Below the pieces are notes generated by a model. That model worked only from the letters and a program-made list of their open reading frames with translations, was not told where the DNA came from and ran no database searches. Below, piece by piece: positions 39,665-48,706 of a stretch of 64,000 nucleotides of DNA. Numbering within the stretch: the first letter of the stretch is position 1; every line of letters begins with the position of its first letter. Position numbers and translations under genes: made by a program. Source of the DNA: a bacterium (GTDB lineage: Bacteria; Zhuqueibacterota; Zhuqueibacteria; Oceanimicrobiales; Oceanimicrobiaceae); contig JBBIIG010000002.1 in the NCBI GenBank assembly GCA_037446635.1, forward strand, positions 175,962 to 239,961, given 5' to 3'.

Positions 39665-40047
39665 TTTATCTCTTCAAGTTTTGTGAGTTCTAAAAAGACT
39701 TCATGTTTCAACCGTTGTCTCATTTTGCGATCGAAGATGGTTTCGAGATATGAATTGACTATGTTGTCGATTTTCATTTTCAAAGTTTCCAATTCGGGCA
39801 GAATGCTTTTGAGGTAGTCATCATCTTTTGGAACGAGCACCTCAGTCATACCGGCATCCAGAAAGACTTTGAGGTAGCGCGCCTCTTCTTCCGAACGGCA
39901 CTCAATGAACTCACCGTCGCAATAGAGCTTCCAGCCAAATAAATCTGCCGCAACTTTGGTGTGTCCAGAGAAACTTGGCAGTTCTCTGCGCATCAGTTTT
40001 TTACAGGTTAAGATTTTTTCTCTATAAAATTCACCTAAGGTTCTCAT
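39661..40047 (-). CDS. Hypothetical 128-aa protein coupled to the restriction-modification gene
   Basis: ATGA overlaps at both ends. Motif CRSEEEARYLKVF. Confidence 0.7.
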   Translation of the reverse strand: MRTLGEFYREKILTCKKLMRRELPSFSGHTKVAADLFGWKLYCDGEFIECRSEEEARYLKVFLDAGMTEVLVPKDDDYLKSILPELETLKMKIDNIVNSYLETIFDRKMRQRLKHEVFLELTKLEEIK

Positions 40048-43000
40048 GGTTCCGGCTCCCGTTTGATGCGTTCGATGACGGCGGCTTTGAAGGAATCAAC
40101 ATCGATGCCTTCTTTGGTTTTGTTGCGTTTTCCAAAACTTCTGGCCTTTTCGATGCGGGATTTGACCAAATCCACTACCGCCCGATAAACTTCTAATTGT
40201 TCCGCGTCGGTCAATCCTAAAATTTCGCCCATAATAATTTTGTCCAACTCCCTGCGGTCGGGTTTCACTTTTTCAAGAGCAACGCTCTCTATTGAATTGG
40301 CTCCGATCTCTTCAAAGACAGAACCAACATTTCTTTCCATTATTTCCGTAAGCAATTTAAAAACTTGATTCGAACTTTTAATTTTTAAACTTGCAGTAGT
40401 AGGAACATAAGCTTGATTTAGATCGGTTGATGGAAAGTCAAGAGCGCCTAAGCCAAGAGCTGTCCTGCCTATTACCTCAATGACAAGCCAGAAAAATGAA
40501 GAATTGAAGTATGCCAGAAGAATTTTTTCGTAAATTTTGCTTTTAGAGATTATGATATTGAATCGCTGATCTACGACAGGATTAGCACTTGCGTAGTAAA
40601 CAATGAAGGTATCGTCAAAGGCTTCAGGAATAACTATTGTGGCTTTGTATTCATCTGTTGGAAGGCTATACCACTGATTTCTGGACACAATGTTTTTATT
40701 ATTTATTCCTTCCTTCTCGCCTCGATTGATATACTTTAGTATGTTTTTCGACTTATTTCTTAATTCCTCTTTCGGCAATTGAACATCCAAAACTCTGAAA
40801 GTTATTTCTTCTTCCAAAATTTTGATTTTTGACAAATTTTGTGGGGATCTCAATAATGGCGAAGTAAACTCAACTTCGAGCTTATTTTTCTCAATCTGGT
40901 CTGGAGTTAGATAGAAATATTTAGCAGCACCCGGTCGCAACCCCCTTTTTGCTTCTAAAATAGACGAATCTTTTATCTGAATTAGCTTGCCACTATTAAG
41001 GCACTTATGCAGTACGAGGGGTGCTCGCGTATATTTCCCCCATTTAGTCCCAACATATTTTTTCTCTTCCGGATCAAAACCTTCTTCCCACAATTCTTGC
41101 TGCAATTTCGGGAAAATTCTTAAATCGTCGTTTTCATAAAAATCGTGGTGGGCGAGAATGGTTCGTTTAAGCTGGTCGATGGCGTTGAGGCGGGCTACCT
41201 GTTTTTCCCACATATCGTGAGCCGGCGGCATGAGGTTTTTAAAAGGATTTTTCAGGTAAACAAAACGAACGAGGTTTTCTTCGCGCTCTTTTTTTGCCGC
41301 ACACTTTTGGAGAATAACGATGCAGGTATTGATGTCTGCGTCTTCAAACCAGCGTTCCACTTTGGATTCGATGATGCAGATAATCTTAAAATTTTTCAGG
41401 AAAAATTCTTGCAGACCCTTGCCATAATCGGTATCGAGCCAGGAGTTGGATACGATAAAACCAAAGAAGCCGCCGTCTTTCAAAAATTTTGCGCCATGAA
41501 CAAAAAAGTAAGCGTGGATGCCTGCCCGTTTTCCAACCTCGGCCATTTTTTTATCGTGAAAATAGAGGGCGCTTTTGATGAGATTTTGTTTGTATTGAAA
41601 ATCTTCGGGAGCGATTTCGCTGATTTCTTCCTGTCGAGTGTAGGGAGGGTTGCCGACCACGGCATCAAACCAGCGTGGATGAATGACTTCGCGTTCTTTG
41701 AGTCCAAGAGTTTTGGCTCGCCGCTTTCGCCAGTTTTCAGGGTCGAAGCCTTTGTCCCCAACCAGAATGGTGAAAAAATCTTCCTGTAGGATGTTGGGAT
41801 AATTTTTGTCCACTCCGAGATCATTGATGGCTAAATTAATCGTGGCAAGGTGGGCGGGAAATTTGGCGATGTCGGTGCCCCAAAGCGATTCCAATATTTT
41901 CTCGTGCTCAAGCCGCTGATTCATCAGCTTTTTGTGTTGATAGGCGCGGACTAAAAACGTGCCCGCGCCGCAGGAGGGATCGAGGATTTTGTCATTTTCA
42001 TGATGTAAGCAAAAACGGAGAATGACATCCACAACATCCGGGCTGGTGAAATATTGCCCCAAATTGTGCCGCTCATCTTGCGGAATGAGCCGTTCAAAAA
42101 TTCTGCCGATGACATCGTAGCCCAATTTTGAAAAATCATATTGTTTGAGAATATACACCAGCTCTTTGATTTCTATTACCACCTCTTTGGCGTCGGGAAA
42201 GGCAATAGTATCGATAAAATCGGTGGTGTAGATGGTTTCATAATCAATTTTTAAAACCTGACTGAAATAGCCGTGCAACGTGACTTGCAGCATGGCGCTT
42301 TTCGTGAGCCCTTCGGGAATTTCGAGCGGATCCAGATCATGTTTTCTTTTTGCTTGCAGCAGGTTATAGAAAAGAATCTTGTTGACTAAAAGATATGCGG
42401 TTTGCCGGGCGGCTTTTTGAAAGTCTTGCGATTGCCAGGAGAAATTCCAGCCCTGATCGATGAACCATTTCGAGAGTTTTTTGCTGAATGAAGAATCTTT
42501 GTGGCATTCATCTTCAATGATTCGTTTATAGTAGGTCGAAAGCACCCTGATTTTTTCATGAAGCCGGTAGATTAAAAGTTCATCAATGGCTTGTTTTGGC
42601 TCCGGTTCTTTCCCGATGTGTACAGAATGGAGTTGCTTTAAAAAATCTGCAAATCCCCTTTTTAGTGACTCACTATGTCTCGTCTGTTCAATATCATCCA
42701 GATTTTCAAGTTCAGAGAGAGAATATTTTTGTTTAATTTGTTCTTCTTCTGGTTGTAATGAATTAACCTTTTCTGTGCTATACCAGATTAGTTTTTTAAA
42801 GTTTGTAAGTGCAAAATATTTTGCTTTTCTCTCGGTAGCTTTTTTGCGAGCCGGTTCCTTTAATTCCTTTTCGTCGAAGACATCATAATATGGGGGCTTT
42901 GCTTCAATAAGGCAGAGAACTTTTTGGCTTCGTCGCGATTCATAAATTACGACGTCGGGCATTTTTCGATCTTCGCCGACCGTCTCAACATCCGGCATTC

Positions 43001-43139
43001 CCAAGTCCAAATTATCTTTCTCAATAATTTCTCTCATCCAGTGCATCAGGATGGCGACGGCCGAGCGCTCCGTTTTGTGTGCGGTTTCCCCAAACGGGCT
43101 GGGGATTTTGTTGGAGGTAATTTTCTTTTTACTCGGCAT
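40044..43139 (-). CDS. Type IIG-like fused restriction endonuclease / N6-adenine methyltransferase
   Basis: N-terminal PD..(IEAK) nuclease motif, LGQYFTS, motif I ILDPSCGAGTFL, motif IV VVGNPPY and a C-terminal target-recognition region. Confidence 0.88.
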   Translation of the reverse strand: MPSKKKITSNKIPSPFGETAHKTERSAVAILMHWMREIIEKDNLDLGMPDVETVGEDRKMPDVVIYESRRSQKVLCLIEAKPPYYDVFDEKELKEPARKKATERKAKYFALTNFKKLIWYSTEKVNSLQPEEEQIKQKYSLSELENLDDIEQTRHSESLKRGFADFLKQLHSVHIGKEPEPKQAIDELLIYRLHEKIRVLSTYYKRIIEDECHKDSSFSKKLSKWFIDQGWNFSWQSQDFQKAARQTAYLLVNKILFYNLLQAKRKHDLDPLEIPEGLTKSAMLQVTLHGYFSQVLKIDYETIYTTDFIDTIAFPDAKEVVIEIKELVYILKQYDFSKLGYDVIGRIFERLIPQDERHNLGQYFTSPDVVDVILRFCLHHENDKILDPSCGAGTFLVRAYQHKKLMNQRLEHEKILESLWGTDIAKFPAHLATINLAINDLGVDKNYPNILQEDFFTILVGDKGFDPENWRKRRAKTLGLKEREVIHPRWFDAVVGNPPYTRQEEISEIAPEDFQYKQNLIKSALYFHDKKMAEVGKRAGIHAYFFVHGAKFLKDGGFFGFIVSNSWLDTDYGKGLQEFFLKNFKIICIIESKVERWFEDADINTCIVILQKCAAKKEREENLVRFVYLKNPFKNLMPPAHDMWEKQVARLNAIDQLKRTILAHHDFYENDDLRIFPKLQQELWEEGFDPEEKKYVGTKWGKYTRAPLVLHKCLNSGKLIQIKDSSILEAKRGLRPGAAKYFYLTPDQIEKNKLEVEFTSPLLRSPQNLSKIKILEEEITFRVLDVQLPKEELRNKSKNILKYINRGEKEGINNKNIVSRNQWYSLPTDEYKATIVIPEAFDDTFIVYYASANPVVDQRFNIIISKSKIYEKILLAYFNSSFFWLVIEVIGRTALGLGALDFPSTDLNQAYVPTTASLKIKSSNQVFKLLTEIMERNVGSVFEEIGANSIESVALEKVKPDRRELDKIIMGEILGLTDAEQLEVYRAVVDLVKSRIEKARSFGKRNKTKEGIDVDSFKAAVIERIKREPEP

Positions 43140-43458
43140 GGTCCTTCAACACGTCATTGACGATTCTTCGCGCTATTTCAAAGGCAGCGGCAATACGTAT
43201 GATTTTAACCTCCGCGATCCCCTTTATTTCTAAAAATTTTTCAAAAGGCTGATTTGCCATTCCTTTGAATGAGCCAAACTTAACCAATATTTCTTCCGCT
43301 ATTTTTTCGGCTGGTTTACCTTTGATCCCAGTCGAGATCAGAATGGACAGCAGCTCTGCATCAGTTAGATTCTCAGCCCCAAGTTCTCTTAATTTCCCAC
43401 CCGCGTGACGCCAGTGTGGTGAATCAGCGTTTTGCAAGTTAGACAACGTCTCCATCAT
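43129..43458 (-). CDS. RadC/UPF0758 N-terminal (HhH) domain-only protein
   Basis: KLRELGAENLTDAELLSILISTG and IKGIAEVKIIRIAAAFEIARR. No JAB domain (no HNHPSG). RBS GGGAGGG. Confidence 0.8.
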   Translation of the reverse strand: MMETLSNLQNADSPHWRHAGGKLRELGAENLTDAELLSILISTGIKGKPAEKIAEEILVKFGSFKGMANQPFEKFLEIKGIAEVKIIRIAAAFEIARRIVNDVLKDHAE

Positions 43459-43570
43459 TCCCTCCCTTCTATTTTATCAGTACCACACGATAACGCGCTT
43501 TCCCTTTGCGAACGGTTTCGATGGCTGCGTAAGCGTGAATGATCATAAGCGTGAAATCATTAAGTCTATT

Positions 43571-43646
43571 GGAAAAAGGATTAATGGATTGATGGATCAA
43601 TGTACTGGCCTGTTCATTAATCCATTAATCCAATACTCCATTTTTC
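43571..43646. repeat. Octamer-periodic inverted-arm element, copy 3
   Basis: GGATTAAT-GGATTGAT-GGATCAAT ... ATTAATCC-ATTAATCC-AATACTCC. Confidence 0.75.
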
Positions 43647-43704
43647 GCATCATAAAATTAGGCATCATTACCCTAAGACCTGATGAATCGGTGAACTATT
43701 CCGG

Positions 43705-44337
43705 CTAATAAAAGGCCCACAGGCCGCCGGTCTCTTCCAGCCAATCGGCGATGTTATCGGCGGCTTTCCGAACGTCGTTGTCCGAGACATCTAATTCCAG
43801 TGCCGGCAGAATCGATCGCGAAATGAGCGTTCGCATCAGTTCCTGTTCTTTGATGAAAATTTGCAAATCATTGTACTGGTCCGGTTTGCCGGAGACTTTC
43901 AGCCGCTCGGCCCGCGCCGCGGCGAAGGACTCCGGCGTGCGGGTGCAAAAAGTAATTCGGAAGCCAATGGCCGCCAGCCGTTCTTCGAGCCAGCGAAAGT
44001 CGTAGTGTTTGTCATGCGCTTGCAGTTGATAGGCCTGCGTGGAAATGTGAAAGCGATCGACAATCCACGAATAGTAGCGCAGTTGTTCGAACAGCGTCAC
44101 CCAGGTTTCATAAGTTGATATCGCCAGCGCTTCTTCCTGCGGCTCGAAATTGATGAGGCCGCGTCCCCACGGAAAATTGGTGAAGGCGCACCACTCGCCG
44201 GAAACCAGCGGGGAGTGATAACGATACTTGCGCGGCCCGACAATACGCGGGTGCTCGTTCAACGTGAACGCAATCTCGGTTTTGAACGTCAGCCGCGTGC
44301 CTTCAAGAATGATTTTTGGACAGAGTTTGTTGGACAT
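43705..44337 (-). CDS. Hypothetical protein, possible divergent nucleoside-monophosphate-kinase fold
   Basis: IILEGTRLTFKT (degenerate P-loop) and WIVDRFHIS (DR motif as in thymidylate kinases). Confidence 0.55.
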   Translation of the reverse strand: MSNKLCPKIILEGTRLTFKTEIAFTLNEHPRIVGPRKYRYHSPLVSGEWCAFTNFPWGRGLINFEPQEEALAISTYETWVTLFEQLRYYSWIVDRFHISTQAYQLQAHDKHYDFRWLEERLAAIGFRITFCTRTPESFAAARAERLKVSGKPDQYNDLQIFIKEQELMRTLISRSILPALELDVSDNDVRKAADNIADWLEETGGLWAFY

Positions 44338-44342
44338 AATTA

Positions 44343-44455
44343 AACACCGAAACCACTGAAGTCGCCGAAAAAAGTTCTTTTTTCATAGAATGATTTCGGT
44401 AACATAACGAAATCTGCAAAACAGTCTTTTATTTTTTTCGGTGTCTTCGGTGATC
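44343..44455. repeat. Inverted-arm element with about 9-nt periodicity
   Basis: ACACCGAAACCACTGAAGTCGCCGAAAAAA ... TTTTTTCGGTGTCTTCGGTGA. Confidence 0.5.
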
Positions 44456-46133
44456 AATCTGCGGTTCCCCGAAGCTTCTCAAACTCATCCCCCTTCGTCC
44501 ACGTGGGAGGATTCGAGGCATTGGCCACCCACATCCCCGCTAAAAACAGAACCTGCACGTGCTTTTTCATATAATTGTAGTTGAATGGCAGGGCCAGGTC
44601 ATCCGAGGGCTGATGATAATATTTCACAAACTTTTGAAAACCCTCGCGGTCCAATCCAAAAGATGGGAAAATTGCCGGCACGCCTTTTTTGGCGAAGCTG
44701 TAATGATCGCTGCGGAGAAAAATGTTTTCTTCCGGCAGATCATCGGGCATGATTTTTAAGTTAAGCTGCTGAGCGGCTTTTTCCACCACCTCTCCCAGCG
44801 AACTCCGCTCCTGACCATACACCACCAGACCGGTGCTGTCGCCGAGGCCGATGATGTCAAAATTAAAATTGGCTACGGTTCTCGACAATGGAAAGATGGG
44901 GTTGTCAACGTAAAATTCCGAACCCAGCAAACCCTTTTCTTCGGCGGTTACCGCTAAAAACAACAGCGAGCGCTTGGGCGGTTCTGAAAGCAGCGAAAAC
45001 GCCTCCGCCAATTCCAGCAGTCCGGCCACGCCGGAAGCATTGTCGGCGGCGCCGTTATAAATTGAATCGCCGGCTACCGGCGCGCCAATGCCCACGTGAT
45101 CGTAATGTGCGGAAAAAACCACCACCTCGGATTTAAGAACCGGGTCGGCGCCTTCGATGTAGCCCACCACGTTGCGGTCTTCAATCTCCTTTTCATCCAC
45201 AAAAATTTGCAATTGAATTTTCTTCTTCATTTCAAAAGAGGTTGCTTCCCCTTTCGCAACCTCTTCTTGAATCGCGGCGAAGGTTTTGGGGGAACCAGCA
45301 AAGATCAACTCAGCGGCGTCGGGATGAACAATGATCGCTGCAAAATCGCTGGCGCCGGCGGGCTGCTGTTTAGGCAGCGCCATCTGCGCGCCGCCGTAAT
45401 AATTCTGCAAATCGGCCCAGCTCACGTGTTCCAGTGTTTCGCCCTGCAAAATCGTGATGGCGCCCAGCGCGTTCATCTTTTGAGCGGTCTCACGTTTTAC
45501 ATAACCATTGGCGTGTTTCGTCGGCTTGTCTCCCGCAAAAAATTTCTCATCTTGCGAAAGCGGCTCGCCGCTCAAGAACACGGTGAATTTACCGCTGACT
45601 TCGACATTTTTGAAGTCGTCATATTTATACTCTGGCGCGCGAATGCCAAAGCCAGTGAAAACCAATTCCCCGTTCAGAGTTTTGCTGCTTTGGCTGGGAG
45701 CGCTAACCACGATGAAATCCTTTCCGTAGGTGAGCGGGTACATTTCGCCATCGACTTCGATTTTAACCTGCGAGCGCGGCGACGTCTGCTTTTGCAGCAG
45801 CGGAACATTTTGGAAATAAGAGTGATTTTCGCCCACCGGCTGCAGTCCCATTCGCTCAAACTGACTGGCAATATAAAGTGATGCCAGCCGAGCGCCGCGC
45901 GAGCCAGTGTCGCGGCCCTCGAGGAGATCATCTGCCAGAAATTCGACGTGGGCGCGGAGCTGCTCCCCGCTAATGGATTGCAGGGCCTCAGTCACCGATG
46001 GTTTCAACAGGTCGGAGATGACAACCGGCTCTCCGCTGTTCAACCCGTGAGAATTGACCTTTCCTTTAAAGTAGAAAACGCCAATTAAGAGGGCGAACAG
46101 CATGACCATGAAAACTGGAAAACGGTAGTACAT
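44454..46133 (-). CDS. M28 family zinc metallopeptidase with PA domain
   Basis: EGRDTGS, SAHYDHVG, NGAADNASG, AEEKGLLGS, RSDHYSF, YHQPSD. Confidence 0.92.
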   Translation of the reverse strand: MYYRFPVFMVMLFALLIGVFYFKGKVNSHGLNSGEPVVISDLLKPSVTEALQSISGEQLRAHVEFLADDLLEGRDTGSRGARLASLYIASQFERMGLQPVGENHSYFQNVPLLQKQTSPRSQVKIEVDGEMYPLTYGKDFIVVSAPSQSSKTLNGELVFTGFGIRAPEYKYDDFKNVEVSGKFTVFLSGEPLSQDEKFFAGDKPTKHANGYVKRETAQKMNALGAITILQGETLEHVSWADLQNYYGGAQMALPKQQPAGASDFAAIIVHPDAAELIFAGSPKTFAAIQEEVAKGEATSFEMKKKIQLQIFVDEKEIEDRNVVGYIEGADPVLKSEVVVFSAHYDHVGIGAPVAGDSIYNGAADNASGVAGLLELAEAFSLLSEPPKRSLLFLAVTAEEKGLLGSEFYVDNPIFPLSRTVANFNFDIIGLGDSTGLVVYGQERSSLGEVVEKAAQQLNLKIMPDDLPEENIFLRSDHYSFAKKGVPAIFPSFGLDREGFQKFVKYYHQPSDDLALPFNYNYMKKHVQVLFLAGMWVANASNPPTWTKGDEFEKLRGTAD

Positions 46134-46154
46134 AGTCCCTCCGTGATTAATGGA

Positions 46155-46751
46155 TCAAAACGGCCAGCGGTATTTCAACTCCAATTGCGGCGGTTGGTAA
46201 TGTTTAATGATTTCGATCGCTTGCTCTGGCTCGGCGACGACGTGGTAAATCTCGCCGAAGCGCGCTTCAATAAAATGCTCGGCAAATCCTCGCTCAAATT
46301 GTCGAATCAAATCATTAAAATAGCCTCGGGCGTTGACGATGATAATCGGCTTGTTGTGAAATCCCAATTGTTTGAACGACAGCATTTCGGCGACTTCCTC
46401 GAAAGTGCCAAATCCGCCGGGCAGGGCAATGTAGGCGTCGCCGCTTTCCTCGAGGCCGCGCTTGCGGCTGCGCATATCTTCGCAGGCGATCATTTCCCGC
46501 ACCTCGGGATCGGCCACGCCGATGTCTTGAAATTTTTGCAGAATGATGCCCACAACCTTGCCGCCGGCCGCGCGGGCGCCGGCGCTCACTTCCCCCATCA
46601 AACCGACTTTGCCGCCGCCGTAAACCAGCGTGTAACCACTTTCCGCGATCAGGCGGCCCATCGTGCGCGCCACTTCCAGATATTCAGAATGAACATGGTT
46701 GCTGGAGGAGCAGTAAACGGTAATGGCTTTACATGAGTACGGGCTGGTCAT
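46155..46751 (-). CDS. LOG family (TIGR00730) nucleotide 5'-monophosphate nucleosidase
   Basis: LVYGGGKVGLMG and PGGFGTFEE. Confidence 0.9.
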   Translation of the reverse strand: MTSPYSCKAITVYCSSSNHVHSEYLEVARTMGRLIAESGYTLVYGGGKVGLMGEVSAGARAAGGKVVGIILQKFQDIGVADPEVREMIACEDMRSRKRGLEESGDAYIALPGGFGTFEEVAEMLSFKQLGFHNKPIIIVNARGYFNDLIRQFERGFAEHFIEARFGEIYHVVAEPEQAIEIIKHYQPPQLELKYRWPF

Positions 46752-46781
46752 GGGTTCGCTTCTATACGAAAAGGCTCAAAA

Positions 46782-47492
46782 TTAGTTGATGTGATTATTG
46801 GCGGCGATAATTTCGCGCGCGCGTTGAAACACGGCATCGAACATCTGCTGAGTTAATTTGCCGGTAAAGGTATTTTGCTGGCTGGGGTGATACGAACCCA
46901 GCAGCGTCATCTTGCTGTTCAACGAAATTTCACAGCAATGTGCAAACGGCGCTTGCTGGTGAGGTTGGCTGTTCAATTGTTTGTAAGCATTCAAAACCGT
47001 GTCAAACGCAATTTTGCCCAATGCCACGATCACCTTCACCCGGGGAAGCCACTGCAGCTCCTGCACAAGATAATCAAAGCAGTTTTGCCGTTCTTCGCGT
47101 GTGGGTTTGTTTTGCGGCGGCGCACAGTGCAGGGCCGCGGTGATGTAGCAATCTTTTAAAGCGAGACCATCGTTGCGCGACACCGAGGCGGGCTGATTAG
47201 CAAACCCAAACTTGTGCAGCGTGGCGAACAGCCAGTCGCCGCTGCGGTCGCCGGTAAAAATGCGGCCGGTACGATTGCCGCCGTGCGCCGCCGGCGCCAA
47301 GCCGACGATGAGCAGCCGGGCCCGGGGGTCGCCAAAACTGGGGATAGGTTTGCCCCAATAGTCTTCGTCGGCGAAGCGCCGCACTTTTTCTTGAGCAACC
47401 TGCTCACGCCACGCCACCAGCCGTGGACATTGGCGGCAACGGATGATCTGCTTTTGAAGCAGGCTGAGCTGCTGGCGATAATCCTGATTCAT
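46782..47492 (-). CDS. Uracil-DNA glycosylase family 5 (Fe-S, UdgB-like)
   Basis: CRQCPRL, GLAPAAHGGNRTGR, CAPPQNKP, YHPSQQN. Confidence 0.9.
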   Translation of the reverse strand: MNQDYRQQLSLLQKQIIRCRQCPRLVAWREQVAQEKVRRFADEDYWGKPIPSFGDPRARLLIVGLAPAAHGGNRTGRIFTGDRSGDWLFATLHKFGFANQPASVSRNDGLALKDCYITAALHCAPPQNKPTREERQNCFDYLVQELQWLPRVKVIVALGKIAFDTVLNAYKQLNSQPHQQAPFAHCCEISLNSKMTLLGSYHPSQQNTFTGKLTQQMFDAVFQRAREIIAANNHIN

Positions 47493-47570
47493 TCACATAT
47501 TTTTGAAGTCTAACCTGTCTGCACAGGCAGGCAAGTTCTATGAAAATAAAGTCTCAGTTGTTTACAACTC

Positions 47571-47640
47571 GGAGTAATGGAGTTTTGGATTAATGGATTA
47601 ATGAAACGCAATAGCATTAATCCAGTAATCCATCAATCCG
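47571..47640. repeat. Octamer-periodic inverted-arm element, copy 4
   Basis: GGAGTAAT-GGAGTTTT-GGATTAAT-GGATTAAT ... ATTAATCC-AGTAATCC-ATCAATCC. Confidence 0.75.
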
Positions 47641-47703
47641 TCATATTTAATCATCTAAGCTGAGTATCTCCTTATCGCTGCTTGACTGTTTATGAGATCA
47701 AAA

Positions 47704-47934
47704 TTATATTTTTATGGGTTTCTTTTGAAAAATATTCAGCAACACTTTATAATCGGCATCCTTGATGATCTCTCCTTTGCGAATGCGCTCACAGAATGAG
47801 TCGGTCAACCGCCGCAGCTTTTCCGGGCTGTTGACTTTCTTCTGCTCAATGAGCTCGTTCGCGTTGCGCTGGAGGATTTTGATGACGGCTTCGCGCTCCT
47901 CCGGCGCGGCGATGCTGTAATTCGCCTTATCCAT
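47704..47934 (-). CDS. Hypothetical 76-aa protein
   Basis: RBS GGAG, charged helical composition, fills an intergenic gap. Confidence 0.55.
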   Translation of the reverse strand: MDKANYSIAAPEEREAVIKILQRNANELIEQKKVNSPEKLRRLTDSFCERIRKGEIIKDADYKVLLNIFQKKPIKI

Positions 47935-48009
47935 TTTCTCTCCGTCAAAATTGAAGTTTTAATTTAAAATAAAATGGCGAAATGTCAATCCAAAACCCAA
48001 AGATTCTAA

Positions 48010-48038
48010 TTGACTATTTAGCCGAAAGTATTTACATT
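48010..48038 (+). promoter_or_regulatory. Putative sigma70 promoter of efp
   Basis: TTGACT-17 nt-TACATT. Confidence 0.55.
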
Positions 48039-48074
48039 CAGCCCGCACAAAACGAATCACTTAGTGGAGGATGT

Positions 48075-48638
48075 ATGGCTTCTGTTTCAGAATTCAGAAA
48101 TGGCATGGCAATTAAATATAACAATGATATCTGGGTGGTCACGGATTTTCAGCACGTGAACCCGGGAAACTGGCGGGCGTTCATCCGCACCAAATTAAAG
48201 CAACTAAAATCCGGGAAGGTCGTGGACGTCACATTTCGACAGAATGATCCGATTGAAGAGGTTCGTTTAGAAGAAAGAGAAATGCAATTTCTCTATGCCG
48301 CCGGCGACGAGTTATGCTTCATGGACACCGAAAACTATGACCAGATCAATGTGAACAAAGAAATTTTAGGCGACCAAATTAAATTTCTCAAAGAGAACAG
48401 CCTGGTTAACGTGCAATTTCTCGAAGAGCGGCCGGTGAGCGCCACGCTGCCGATGTTCATCACTCTCAAAGTAACCAGCGCGCCGCCGGGAGTGAAGGGC
48501 GACACAGTTTCGAATTTACAAAAATCGGTGACGCTGGAAACCGGCGCCGAAATCCAGGCGCCGCTGTTTATTAAAGAAGGCGATGTTCTTAAAATTGATA
48601 CGCGGGATGGCAGATATATCGAACGCGTGAGCGGTTGA
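48075..48638 (+). CDS. efp: Elongation factor P (Asn at the tip residue)
   Basis: HVNPGNWRAF, MQFLY, FMDTENYDQ, PGVKGDT, LETGAEIQAPLFI, IDTRDGRYIER. RBS GGAGG. Confidence 0.96.
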   Translation: MASVSEFRNGMAIKYNNDIWVVTDFQHVNPGNWRAFIRTKLKQLKSGKVVDVTFRQNDPIEEVRLEEREMQFLYAAGDELCFMDTENYDQINVNKEILGDQIKFLKENSLVNVQFLEERPVSATLPMFITLKVTSAPPGVKGDTVSNLQKSVTLETGAEIQAPLFIKEGDVLKIDTRDGRYIERVSG

Positions 48639-48661
48639 TTCGCGAATTAGAGTTAAAAAAC

Positions 48662-48697
48662 AAAAGGCCGTCTCAGTGGACGGCCTTTTTATTTTTG
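48662..48697 (+). terminator. Rho-independent terminator, probably bidirectional
   Basis: AAAAGGCCGTC-TCAGTG-GACGGCCTTTT followed by a T-tract and preceded by an A-tract. Confidence 0.85.
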
Positions 48698-48706
48698 GTG
48701 TTCAGG

